IMG/VR virus record: IMGVR_UViG_3300037296_000088
Coordinates: 1-24,233 of that record
Strand: one strand, 5' to 3'
Length of the DNA: 24,233 nt
DNA from: a virus
Lineage: Duplodnaviria > Caudoviricetes
Position numbers and translations under genes: made by a program. The first letter of the stretch is position 1; each line of letters opens with the position of its first letter. The notes beneath the pieces are model-generated. The model was not told where the DNA came from and ran no database searches. It saw only the letters and a program-made list of their open reading frames with translations. Shown in pieces: positions 1 to 7,712 of the stretch.

Positions 1-45
1 CTGGATTTTATACACGGTCAGAATCTAGACGTTTAGTCAAGACAC

Positions 46-423
46 CTAGCCGCGCTTGGTCTTTCGCTTCCTGACCCACTCTAGCAGGTCATCGCCCGAA
101 TATAGCATTTCTGACCGCTGCTTGGCCCCATTGTGGCATTTAGCGCATAATGCGGTGAAAGTATTGTCCCAAAACAACTCCTTATCGCCTTGGTGCGGAA
201 GGTCATGGTCGGTCACTTCGCTGGCCACGATCTTTCCATCGGCCAGGCAATACTCGCAAAGGGGGTTGGCCCGCTTGAATCCTGCGCTGAACTTGTGCCA
301 TTTGTGGTCATATCCCCGATCCATTGCGTTCCCGCGTGCTTCTTTCGGCAGGCTTTTGGCTTTAGGCTTGTGCTTTTGGCCTGTCATGCCCGCGCGTCGG
401 TGTGGTGCTGGTGCTGCTGGCAT
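46..423 (-). CDS. HNH endonuclease (phage packaging-associated, gp74-like)
   Basis: RGYD..W, CEYC, DHDLPHQGD..LFWD, LCAKCHN motifs typical of terminase-associated HNH proteins. An alternative start is ATG 387. Confidence 0.88.
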   Translation of the reverse strand: MPAAPAPHRRAGMTGQKHKPKAKSLPKEARGNAMDRGYDHKWHKFSAGFKRANPLCEYCLADGKIVASEVTDHDLPHQGDKELFWDNTFTALCAKCHNGAKQRSEMLYSGDDLLEWVRKRKTKRG

Positions 424-426
424 CCC

Positions 427-606
427 CTAAAACTTCCGCCCGCCAACGTGATAGGCGCGGCAGATATGGCACCGATACGCGGTCACGTTGGCCTTTGACT
501 TGCTCTTGCGCCGGTTGCCCATCTGCTTGGCGATCTGGCGCGCGCGTTCGCCGGTCAGCTTTTCCTTGCCGTGGCAGGATGATGCCTCGATTTCAGCTTG
601 AGACAT
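427..606 (-). CDS. Small Zn-finger-like phage protein (59 aa, not in ORF track)
   Basis: Hand translation MSQAEIEASSCHGKEKLTGERARQIAKQMGNRRKSKSKANVTAYRCHICRAYHVGGRKF; C..GK and AYxCxxCxxxHVG pattern; packs tightly between neighbours. Confidence 0.75.
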   Translation of the reverse strand: MSQAEIEASSCHGKEKLTGERARQIAKQMGNRRKSKSKANVTAYRCHICRAYHVGGRKF

Positions 607-748
607 ACTGCACCCCCAGCAACGCAGCCACCTTCCGCAGCGTGTCGTCGTCGTGTTCCGCGCATAGCACGCTGTTGGCGATCAGCAGCGGCAGGTCTGC
701 GGGCTTTGCCTGTAGCGCGGCGATGGTGGCGCGACGTGGGTCAGTCAT
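593..748 (-). CDS. Hypothetical protein (51 aa, not in ORF track)
   Basis: MTDPRRATIAALQAKPADLPLLIANSVLCAEHDDDTLRKVAALLGVQYVSS; overlaps both neighbours in the same operon. Confidence 0.55.
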   Translation of the reverse strand: MTDPRRATIAALQAKPADLPLLIANSVLCAEHDDDTLRKVAALLGVQYVSS

Positions 749-926
749 GGGGTTTCCCCCGCGCCGGCAGATCCCGCACCGCTGCGGCCTCTACGTCGTC
801 GTGATACGCGGCCACCTGTGCGGCCACCTTGTCAGCGTATGCGGCTGGAACCCACCCTGTAGGCAATGCCTTATACCCTGCCCGCTCGAGGCGGCGCTTG
901 CGGCGGTTGCGCTCTGCGGCGGTCAT
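741..926 (-). CDS. Small putative DNA-binding protein (MazE-like antitoxin / ribbon-helix-helix-like)
   Basis: GGAGG RBS then MTAAERNRRKRRLERAGYKALPTGWVP, resembling the 'ER.R..R.RLR.AG....WVP' pattern; ATGA overlap with the upstream gene. Confidence 0.55.
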   Translation of the reverse strand: MTAAERNRRKRRLERAGYKALPTGWVPAAYADKVAAQVAAYHDDVEAAAVRDLPARGKPHD

Positions 927-1150
927 GCCGCCTCCCCCATCATGTCCAGAACAATACCGGAAAACGCTGCAAGGTTGCGCGGGTTGCATGTCAGGTTGCG
1001 GGCCATGCGGGCTTCTTTTTCAACTGCCTGCTGCATGTTTGCTTTGATAAGTTCTGCGGCGACTTCCATGTTGCCCGATGCGAAAGCCTTCATGAAATCT
1101 GCTTTTTCGGCTGCGGACATTTGGGCGATTGTTTTTGCTTCGAGGGTCAT
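923..1150 (-). CDS. Hypothetical protein
   Basis: GGAG RBS before ATG 1150 (MTLEAKTIAQ...); lies downstream of a candidate promoter. Confidence 0.65.
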   Translation of the reverse strand: MTLEAKTIAQMSAAEKADFMKAFASGNMEVAAELIKANMQQAVEKEARMARNLTCNPRNLAAFSGIVLDMMGEAA

Positions 1151-1186
1151 TTGCTTGTCTCCGGTGTGGTTCGTTTCCATGCACTA

Positions 1187-1215
1187 TCTATAGCGTTACG
1201 CGACACCATACGCAA
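1187..1215 (-). promoter_or_regulatory. Candidate sigma70 promoter with TACGC(G/A)A direct-repeat operator
   Basis: TTGCGT-N17-TATAGA on the minus strand; TACGCGA and TACGCAA repeats lie inside it. Confidence 0.5.
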
Positions 1216-1219
1216 TAGC

Positions 1220-1399
1220 TTATTTGCACGCGGCCAAACAAATCCGCAGCGCATCCGCCGCCTGCGTATACCCCGGCCAATGCGCCTTGCGGTCATACAG
1301 CACCAGCCTGCGCTCTGCATCCTGCGCGGGGAAAGTATCTATCCACGCCCCCGACACGGTGATGTTGCCGCCGTCGTGCGTTGCTGTGAAGGCGGTCAC
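1220..1399 (-). CDS. Hypothetical protein (59 aa, GTG start, not in ORF track)
   Basis: GTGA overlap with the upstream gene; MTAFTATHDGGNITVSGAWIDTFPAQDAERRLVLYDRKAHWPGYTQAADALRICLAACK. Confidence 0.6.
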   Translation of the reverse strand: MTAFTATHDGGNITVSGAWIDTFPAQDAERRLVLYDRKAHWPGYTQAADALRICLAACK

Positions 1400-1881
1400 G
1401 CCCGCCCCGCCACATATGCGCCCGCTGTGCCAGCCGTAGGGCGTCTATAGTGCATCTTGCCCTGCTCCTTGCCCCTGTGGATCGCTAGACGCGTCGTGTT
1501 GTGGCTTGTGACGAGCCTGCGGCCTATCTCAGCCATGGTCATCGGCCCTACGGTCAACAGCAGGCGTTCGATCTTTCGGGCAACGTCGTCTGTCATGCGC
1601 TGGCCCTCTTGGATGCCTGGCTCAATCGGCAGTCCGCAGCGGCGATATGGTCGGCGGTCCCGCTGTGCTGCGAGGCGCGATTCAATCTCGGCAACCTTGA
1701 TCATGCGTTCCAGCATCGTACCGGCCAGCAATGATAGATCCGGCTGCTTGCCAAACGTGACGCCGTTGCGCGTTGCCCAGCATTGTGCTGCATCGACGTT
1801 ACGACCGCGGGCTTCTGCCGCCTGTTCTAGCGTCATGCCGTCAGCCGCACATTCGGCCCATGTTTTTGGTTGGTTGATCAT
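1396..1881 (-). CDS. HTH protein (N-terminal HTH plus C-terminal winged HTH)
   Basis: TWAECAADGMTLEQAAEARG and GPMTMAEIGRRLVTSHNTTRLAI motifs. Confidence 0.7.
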   Translation of the reverse strand: MINQPKTWAECAADGMTLEQAAEARGRNVDAAQCWATRNGVTFGKQPDLSLLAGTMLERMIKVAEIESRLAAQRDRRPYRRCGLPIEPGIQEGQRMTDDVARKIERLLLTVGPMTMAEIGRRLVTSHNTTRLAIHRGKEQGKMHYRRPTAGTAGAYVAGRA

Positions 1882-2372
1882 CCCGTTTTTCCTTTTGCAA
1901 ATCTAATTTTCGTCTTGGGTGCCGTGGCTATCTTGACCGACTCGACCAGCGTGTATCCGGCGCGGCGTAGGGTCATTGCATCTTTCGTTTGATCTGGCGT
2001 CAGTCCGTTCAGCAAATCAGCGTCAGATCCTCTGTGCGGCTTACCCTCGCGGCGCGCAGCAAGCACTAGCGTTCGTGCATTGCATCCCAACTCTGCCGCG
2101 ATTTGCTTTTGCGTCTTGCTGGCGTCATTCCAAAGCGCGTCTATCTTTGGCGACCATTTCATGCGGTGCCGGTCTACGTTCGCCGCGCGCGCTTTAGCCA
2201 GACCGCCTAGAATTGCTGGCGTGGTGCGGTCAACCTCAAACACCTCGTTATATCGCTTTGACCATCGGTAGGGCGCGTTGGGGCCAATCCCCAGATGCCT
2301 TGCAGTTTCAACTTGCGTCATTCCTGCCTCGAAGCACTTGCGGATTGCAGCGTCATGCGGTGACTTTGCCAT
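1878..2372 (-). CDS. Double-HTH protein
   Basis: CFEAGMTQVETARHLGIGPNAPYRW and KTQKQIAAELGCNARTL motifs. Confidence 0.72.
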   Translation of the reverse strand: MAKSPHDAAIRKCFEAGMTQVETARHLGIGPNAPYRWSKRYNEVFEVDRTTPAILGGLAKARAANVDRHRMKWSPKIDALWNDASKTQKQIAAELGCNARTLVLAARREGKPHRGSDADLLNGLTPDQTKDAMTLRRAGYTLVESVKIATAPKTKIRFAKGKTG

Positions 2373-2662
2373 CAGCTTGCCTCCGCAATCGCCATAGCGT
2401 CCGCGCTGTTGTATCCGAACTTTGCTAAAATCTCGTGGTATACCTCAACCTGCTTGGCTGTAAGGTGTGCCGTCTTTGCAGCAAACCGCGCATTGACCCG
2501 ATCCGCTGCACGTTGTGCGTGTTCTGTCGTTTTGCGCCCGTTAGCGAACTTCATGCCATAACGCTTCTCTTGATAAAGCGCAGAACGTGGGTTGCATCCA
2601 CGATGCCTCGCTGCCTCAGCCTTAGACATTCCCGCGTCTGCGCATTGCTGCCACGTCATCAT
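2372..2662 (-). CDS. HTH protein
   Basis: TWQQCADAGMSKAEAARHRGCNPRS; start ATG 2662 overlaps the upstream stop. Confidence 0.7.
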   Translation of the reverse strand: MMTWQQCADAGMSKAEAARHRGCNPRSALYQEKRYGMKFANGRKTTEHAQRAADRVNARFAAKTAHLTAKQVEVYHEILAKFGYNSADAMAIAEAS

Positions 2663-3048
2663 GGCTTCACCCACCGAAAATGCGCGGCGGCTGCGTCGAA
2701 AGCATCGACATGGTTCGCCTTGATCCAGTCGATGAACATCCGGTCATTGTCCTGCATTAGCGCGTTCTTGCGGTCGCGTTCCAGCTTGCGCTGTAGAACC
2801 TCGACCTGCTTTACCGCTAGGCGCTTCCACTTGTATGCCGCGTTGGTCTTAACGATGCGCGGGTCGCCGGGCGGCAGTTCCTCTAGGCGCGTCTCGATGT
2901 TGATGATTGCCTCTGACAGCATCAGCATCGCGTCCTCGCAATCCTCCGCCGTTTCCAGTTCATCAACGTACCAATCGCCGTCGATGCAGATCCGTGGCAA
3001 CGTGCCCTCGCGGGGGACTTGAACGGCTGTGTATGTGGTGTCGGTCAT
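2659..3048 (-). CDS. Hypothetical coiled-coil protein
   Basis: 129-aa ORF with AAGGA RBS; first gene of a coupled operon. Confidence 0.7.
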   Translation of the reverse strand: MTDTTYTAVQVPREGTLPRICIDGDWYVDELETAEDCEDAMLMLSEAIINIETRLEELPPGDPRIVKTNAAYKWKRLAVKQVEVLQRKLERDRKNALMQDNDRMFIDWIKANHVDAFDAAAAHFRWVKP

Positions 3049-3114
3049 TTGTCTATCCTTGATGGTTTGTTAAGTTGCGCAGCAGGCGGGTAGGAACACC
3101 CACCGCGCCTCTGT

Positions 3115-3143
3115 ACAATGTCGCGTAATGATCGCGTAGTCAA
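3115..3143 (-). promoter_or_regulatory. Candidate sigma70 promoter with TACGCGA direct repeats
   Basis: TTGACT-N17-CATTGT; the spacer consists almost entirely of TACGCGA-tcat-TACGCGA. Confidence 0.5.
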
Positions 3144-3177
3144 CAGTTAAATGTGGAACCCGCGAAACAAAATGACG

Positions 3178-3453
3178 CTATGCGATGCGCCAGATGCGGA
3201 CGCCGGTGCCTTCTTTGCGGGAGGTGAACTTGCTTCCGCCATCTGGCTTTTTGCGAGAACTAAACTTCTTCCGTGAGTGCGCAGAATACATTCTCGACGC
3301 CACAGACGGGTTAGATTGCGTACCCTTTGGCTCGTCCGCAAAGAACACGCTGTCTCCAACCTTCATTTCTGCAAACGGGTATTTACGATACGGCGAAGAT
3401 TTAGACGTGACGGGCATGGGAATATTATTTTCAATTTTCATTTCAAAACTCAA
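3178..3453 (-). CDS. Small basic phage protein, putative DNA-binding (KYPF..M.VGDS...GVRIWR family)
   Basis: IENNIPMP, KYPFAEMKVGDSVFF and terminal GVRIWRIA motifs; the start may be ATG 3441. Confidence 0.75.
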   Translation of the reverse strand: MSFEMKIENNIPMPVTSKSSPYRKYPFAEMKVGDSVFFADEPKGTQSNPSVASRMYSAHSRKKFSSRKKPDGGSKFTSRKEGTGVRIWRIA

Positions 3454-3540
3454 ATGTAAGATGATGTATATGTATACATTATATATGTGTATGAGTAAAG
3501 CAACGTGTAATTCTACAATATGCGGATTATCACGGCTTTG

Positions 3541-3803
3541 TCATCTTACGAAAGTTATCGGAAAGGTAGAGGAGTTTGGATAACTTTACTGCTTAGAAAA
3601 CATTGAATAATATGGCTATCATAAGAAGTTATCTCAATACCCTATAGTCTGTTTTGAGAGAGAGAGGGGGTACCCCCCCCCTGTCTCTGGATATATGTCT
3701 AGGAAACCAGATAAGTTCGTATGATTGCCGTTTTATCGTTTGTTTTCTAAGCAGTAAAGTTATCCAAAGGCTCTACCTTTTTTTCGTAACTTCTTACGAT
3801 ATG
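3541..3803. other. Putative origin of replication (symmetric inverted-repeat element)
   Basis: Perfect 28-bp IR 3575-3602 / 3741-3768 centred on GGGGGTACCCCC; several AAGTTATC units; AT-rich; directly downstream of the replication ATPase gene. Confidence 0.7.
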
Positions 3804-3882
3804 GTCAGCAGTGCTTACCTATTATTGCAGAAATGCAAAATGGCACCACGAATGATGCCATTCTGTGCATTTCTGCTTTTGG

Positions 3883-5445
3883 CTATTCTAGGCCAGTTTT
3901 GATCCAGGTAACGACCGTCTTGCCTTTGTATTTTCGCCCGTCGCCGGACATCTTGACGATCCCACGCGCCTCTAGCTGCCCCAAAATGGCGTCAACATCA
4001 GGTCTCGATTTCTTCATGCGGTTGGCCAAAACGGAGGATGAGGTGCCTTTCACATCGTCCAGCGCGTTCACAATCCGCGCCGCCAGCGCATCTGCTGGGC
4101 GGCTCTTTTCGTTGTCATTGGCGAACACCAATTTGATCTTGGAGTTCAATTCTTGGAACACATAAGCGAACGACCAGCGGACGTGTTCGGCGTTTCGTTC
4201 GCCGTCCGCCATGCCCATGATGAATGACATCTTTGCAATCATTTCATAGGACCGCCGCACCATCGCCACGGACGCCTCGCCAGTCGCCTCGCCCATGTCG
4301 TCGGCGTAGTCGATCAGCCAGTTGAGGCACGTCGTCAGCATCTCGTCCGCGTCGTATGTGGTGTGGATCACCTTACGTTCGCCCATGAACTCTACGCGCC
4401 CCCCTGCATCGTCGTGGGCGGACGAAAGGCCCGCATATAGGGAGGCCAGCCGCATGTGCATTGGCAGGGGCATTTCAGCGCGCTTAAACGCCTTTCGTGG
4501 TCGCGGGTTGATGTCAGGCTCGACCACGATCAGCGCGCGCCCTACGAAGCCCTGCGTCGCCGTTTCGCCGTCCATCACCTGGTCGAACGTGCTGGGGGTG
4601 GTGTAGCCCATGACCGACAAGAAAGGCCGCTCTAAGCCCTCGTCAATCATGTCCAGCATTCGGTGTGCCCGCGCTTCGCCCGCGTCGTCTCCGTCAGCTT
4701 GGGACCGCGACAAAGATCCGGCATACATCTTGCGCAATTCGCGCTTGGTATCGCCTTGCAGCAGCAGCCGACTGTTCGCCTTTGAATAGCCCGACATGAT
4801 CGCGCCAAACACGCCCTCGAGGTACGCCGCGCCGCCCTTCTTCTGGGCATTGCGCACTTTGGTTAGGAAAATGCCGATCTCGTCCACAACATAGAATGCC
4901 GCTTGATGCTCGATCAGGTTGCGCATGATTTCCTGTTCGGACTTGATGCCGCCTTGCAGCGCGCCTTGAATGCCAGCGACAACGTGCATCTGCGCCACAG
5001 CCTGCTGCACCGCCTCTTTGCCCGTCGATGATGCCGCAACGCAAAACGCCAGCATGTTCGCTGTGATGCCGTCGCGCTCATCCTCGTGCCGCAGCCCGCC
5101 GATGTTGCCCACTGCCACGATAGCAGACGCAACCGACAGCCGCCGGCGGGGATAGCGGCATTGGCCGTCAATCCAGTTGGTAACGTGGCCGACAAACCCC
5201 GGCGGGCGCATTAGGTCAATGTCATCGACGGGGAAGGGCATTGTGATGCCTTCATGCTCTGGCGGAGTGGGCGGCGCGTCTGGAACAAAGCCATGCAGCG
5301 CCACGTCGTCAAACTCTGATACAGGCCGCGTTGCCACCGCCACAGGCCCGCGACGTGGTGCAGGCGTTGCGCTGGGCACTGGTGCGGGTGCGTTGTCGTC
5401 GGCGCTGCCGTTGCTGGGTGGTAGGTTCCAGGTCATCGCGCCCAC
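3883..5445 (-). CDS. Phage replication AAA+ protein (DUF3987-like helicase domain with C-terminal winged helix)
   Basis: DLMRPPGFVG, Walker A AASSTGKE, Walker B YVVDEIG, GYTTPSTF, GFVGR; C-terminal wHTH (SSSVLANRMKKSRPDVDAILGQLEARGIV). Confidence 0.8.
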   Translation of the reverse strand: MGAMTWNLPPSNGSADDNAPAPVPSATPAPRRGPVAVATRPVSEFDDVALHGFVPDAPPTPPEHEGITMPFPVDDIDLMRPPGFVGHVTNWIDGQCRYPRRRLSVASAIVAVGNIGGLRHEDERDGITANMLAFCVAASSTGKEAVQQAVAQMHVVAGIQGALQGGIKSEQEIMRNLIEHQAAFYVVDEIGIFLTKVRNAQKKGGAAYLEGVFGAIMSGYSKANSRLLLQGDTKRELRKMYAGSLSRSQADGDDAGEARAHRMLDMIDEGLERPFLSVMGYTTPSTFDQVMDGETATQGFVGRALIVVEPDINPRPRKAFKRAEMPLPMHMRLASLYAGLSSAHDDAGGRVEFMGERKVIHTTYDADEMLTTCLNWLIDYADDMGEATGEASVAMVRRSYEMIAKMSFIMGMADGERNAEHVRWSFAYVFQELNSKIKLVFANDNEKSRPADALAARIVNALDDVKGTSSSVLANRMKKSRPDVDAILGQLEARGIVKMSGDGRKYKGKTVVTWIKTGLE

Positions 5446-5828
5446 CCCTCAAAATCGCCAACCCACTTAATGAAAGCGGTCTTTTCAGCGGGGGCCATGC
5501 GCCGCCACAATGCGCCAAGCAGACGCTTCACCTGCCGAGACGCAAACGCAGACCCGCGCATCTTGTCGATCGCTGCAAAGGTGTAGCACTCCAGTTCGGG
5601 CAGGCTGGCTGTCTCTGACCAAAACCGCGCATCATCGCGTGCCGTTTCATCAACCATCGAAACGAACGGCAAGCCCGCGCTTTGGCTGGCAAGGTAGCCA
5701 TAGGCCGCATCTAGCGCCGCCTGCGGGTGGTGAACGTGCCACTGGCCTATGTCGCCAAGCGCGCAGGCTACGATGTGGTCATAGTGCATAGAATCCTGCG
5801 GCGTTGTGGTGTGTCCCGCACCAGTCAT
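5433..5828 (-). CDS. Hypothetical protein in replication operon
   Basis: 131-aa ORF overlapping both neighbours. Confidence 0.7.
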   Translation of the reverse strand: MTGAGHTTTPQDSMHYDHIVACALGDIGQWHVHHPQAALDAAYGYLASQSAGLPFVSMVDETARDDARFWSETASLPELECYTFAAIDKMRGSAFASRQVKRLLGALWRRMAPAEKTAFIKWVGDFEGWAR

Positions 5829-6016
5829 TGCGCCGTGGCTTTCTTGCCCTGAATATACGCCGTCAGCGTGTTGAACGTATCAAGATTCGGGTTGCTGTGC
5901 TGGCCGTTCGCGATCTTGCGCACCGTGTTATAGTGCAGCCGCGTTTCATAGGCCACGTCCGCCAGCTTCATGCCGCGCAACGCCGTTCGGACTTCGTCTA
6001 ATGTGATTGCCGCCAT
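5825..6016 (-). CDS. Cro/XRE-like HTH regulator
   Basis: MKLADVAYETRLHYNTVRKIANGQHSNPNLDTFNTL; AAGGAG RBS; first gene at a divergent promoter. Confidence 0.85.
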   Translation of the reverse strand: MAAITLDEVRTALRGMKLADVAYETRLHYNTVRKIANGQHSNPNLDTFNTLTAYIQGKKATAQ

Positions 6017-6046
6017 TGGGTCAGGCTCCTTTATTGCTATGGGGTG

Positions 6047-6086
6047 ACATTATTTAGTTGACGGCAAGTTGTCAATGCCGCATAAG
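6047..6086. promoter_or_regulatory. Overlapping divergent promoters
   Basis: Plus strand TTGACG(6058)-N17-CATAAG; minus strand TTGACA(6075)-N17-TAATGT; the two -35 boxes form the IR TTGAC-N8-GTCAA. Confidence 0.6.
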
Positions 6087-6154
6087 GGCAGTGCGGGTTA
6101 GAAGCATGTCCCGCCATGCAAGGCCAATGGCCACATAACATAGAAAGGGAAGCC

Positions 6155-7021
6155 GTGAGCATCCTTACACAGATCGAGAAACCGCGCGACCGTGCGCCGG
6201 TCATTACCATCTGCGGTGACGCAGGCATGGGCAAAACTTCACTTGCCGCAACATTCCCCAAGCCAATCTTTGTGCGCGTCGAGGATGGATTGCAGTCTAT
6301 CGCAGCCGATCAGCGCCCCGATGCGCTGCCAGTCGTCAAGTCGGCTTCGCAGCTTTGGGAGCAGCTTATGGCGCTGGCCACTGAGGCGCATGACTATAAG
6401 ACAGTCGTGATCGACAGCGTTACCAAGCTAGAGGCGCTTTTTGTTGAGGATGTCTTGCGTTTGGATGGCAAGGCCAAATCGCTCAATCAGGCGTTGGGCG
6501 GATACGGCAACGGCACGTCAGCCGTTGTGGCAATGCACAGCCGCGTTCGCAAAGCTGCTGCGGCCATGAACGCAAAAGGCATCAACGTCGTCTTTGTCGC
6601 CCATGCCGATGTCGAAACAATGCGCCTGCCGGATAGCGACGACTATATGCGCTATTCGCTGCGCCTGCCCAGCAAGTCGCTGCCGCCATACGTTGATGAC
6701 GTGGACATGGTGGGTTTCCTGCGGCTGGTCACGTTTGTCAAAGGCGACGAGGGCGAACGCAAGCAGGCCGTGTCCACCGGCGCGCGCGAAGTGATCTGCT
6801 ACGCCACAGCGGCATCGGTTTCCAAAAACCGTTACGGCATCACCAAGCCCATCCCGTTCAAGGCTGGGGAAAACCCTTTCACTGGGTTGATTCCGGTTTC
6901 TGGGATCGGCGCATCGGTCACGAAAGACGACGCCACCCTTGAGGCAATTCGCATTGCTGCGGCACAAGACAAGGCTGAGCAGGCCCTTGAGAATGACAAC
7001 ACAGAAGGAGAAGCACAATGA
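6155..7021 (+). CDS. AAA_24 / Sak4-like ATPase
   Basis: GAAAGGGA RBS and GTG start; Walker A GDAGMGKT, VEDG, TVVIDS, FVAH, KNRYG. Confidence 0.88.
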   Translation: MSILTQIEKPRDRAPVITICGDAGMGKTSLAATFPKPIFVRVEDGLQSIAADQRPDALPVVKSASQLWEQLMALATEAHDYKTVVIDSVTKLEALFVEDVLRLDGKAKSLNQALGGYGNGTSAVVAMHSRVRKAAAAMNAKGINVVFVAHADVETMRLPDSDDYMRYSLRLPSKSLPPYVDDVDMVGFLRLVTFVKGDEGERKQAVSTGAREVICYATAASVSKNRYGITKPIPFKAGENPFTGLIPVSGIGASVTKDDATLEAIRIAAAQDKAEQALENDNTEGEAQ

Positions 7022-7626
7022 GCTTTTGGGATCTGAGCGACGGCGAAAGCGCCAAGGACACCGGAACCGGATATGAGATCCCAGGCGGCGGGAACTTCGA
7101 CCCGATCCCAGAGGGGTCATCGCTGCTGGCGCTGCCGGACGAGGTGAAATGGGACAGCAAGGACGAGGCTAACTTTATCAGCATCCGCTGGTCTGTCTTG
7201 TCGCCGGATGAATACAAAAACCGCAAGGTGTTTCACAAGCTGTATGTGACCGATCTTGACCCTTCGGTGAAAGACCCCGAAAAGGCCAAGAAAAAGCGCG
7301 ACAAGGCCCGCCGTATGCTTTCGGCCATCGACGCCAACGCGGGCGGCGCATTGTCCGCCAGCAACGAAGCCCCGACCAATGACGCATTGGCCGCAGCCCT
7401 GCAAAACAAGCCGATGATTATTACGGTGCAGGTCTGGGATCTGGTTGATCGCAACACCGGCGACAAGATCATGGGAAATTGGGTCTGCGCGGTAAATCCG
7501 TCAGATCATGGCGTTGACATCAAGCCGACCAATCCCAAGCACGTCAGCGCGCCAAAGTCTGCGGCAAGCGGCGGTGGCTATAGCGGCGGCGGTAGTGCTG
7601 ACATGGACGATGAAATCCCGTTCTAA
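7018..7626 (+). CDS. Single-stranded DNA-binding protein (DUF669-like)
   Basis: FDPIPEG, YKNRKVFHKL, Gly-rich linker and acidic tail DDEIPF; follows the Sak4-like ATPase. Confidence 0.85.
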   Translation: MSFWDLSDGESAKDTGTGYEIPGGGNFDPIPEGSSLLALPDEVKWDSKDEANFISIRWSVLSPDEYKNRKVFHKLYVTDLDPSVKDPEKAKKKRDKARRMLSAIDANAGGALSASNEAPTNDALAAALQNKPMIITVQVWDLVDRNTGDKIMGNWVCAVNPSDHGVDIKPTNPKHVSAPKSAASGGGYSGGGSADMDDEIPF

Positions 7627-7637
7627 ACGGATAATAT

Positions 7638-7675
7638 CCCAAGGCTTGGCATTTTTTGATGCGCCAAGCCTTGGG
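7638..7675 (+). terminator. 13-bp stem-loop after the SSB gene (terminator or mRNA stabiliser)
   Basis: CCCAAGGCTTGGC / GCCAAGCCTTGGG; the U-tail is weak. Confidence 0.5.
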
Positions 7676-7712
7676 TTCGTCGCGGTGGGACACACAACAT
7701 ATAGAGGTTACG

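Noticed and set aside
1-45. cos site or promoter after the HNH gene
   Set aside because: The position is suggestive, but too little sequence is visible and the TTGACT/TATAAA spacing (22 bp) is wrong.
402-1450. Long plus-strand ORFs (263 aa, 194 aa) and similar antisense ORFs elsewhere
   Set aside because: Shadow frames of a tightly packed operon on the opposite strand in GC-rich DNA, with no RBS or motifs.
5825-6155. Lambda-like cI/cro lysogeny switch
   Set aside because: Only one HTH gene flanks the divergent promoter; no cI-type repressor or integrase is present in the window.
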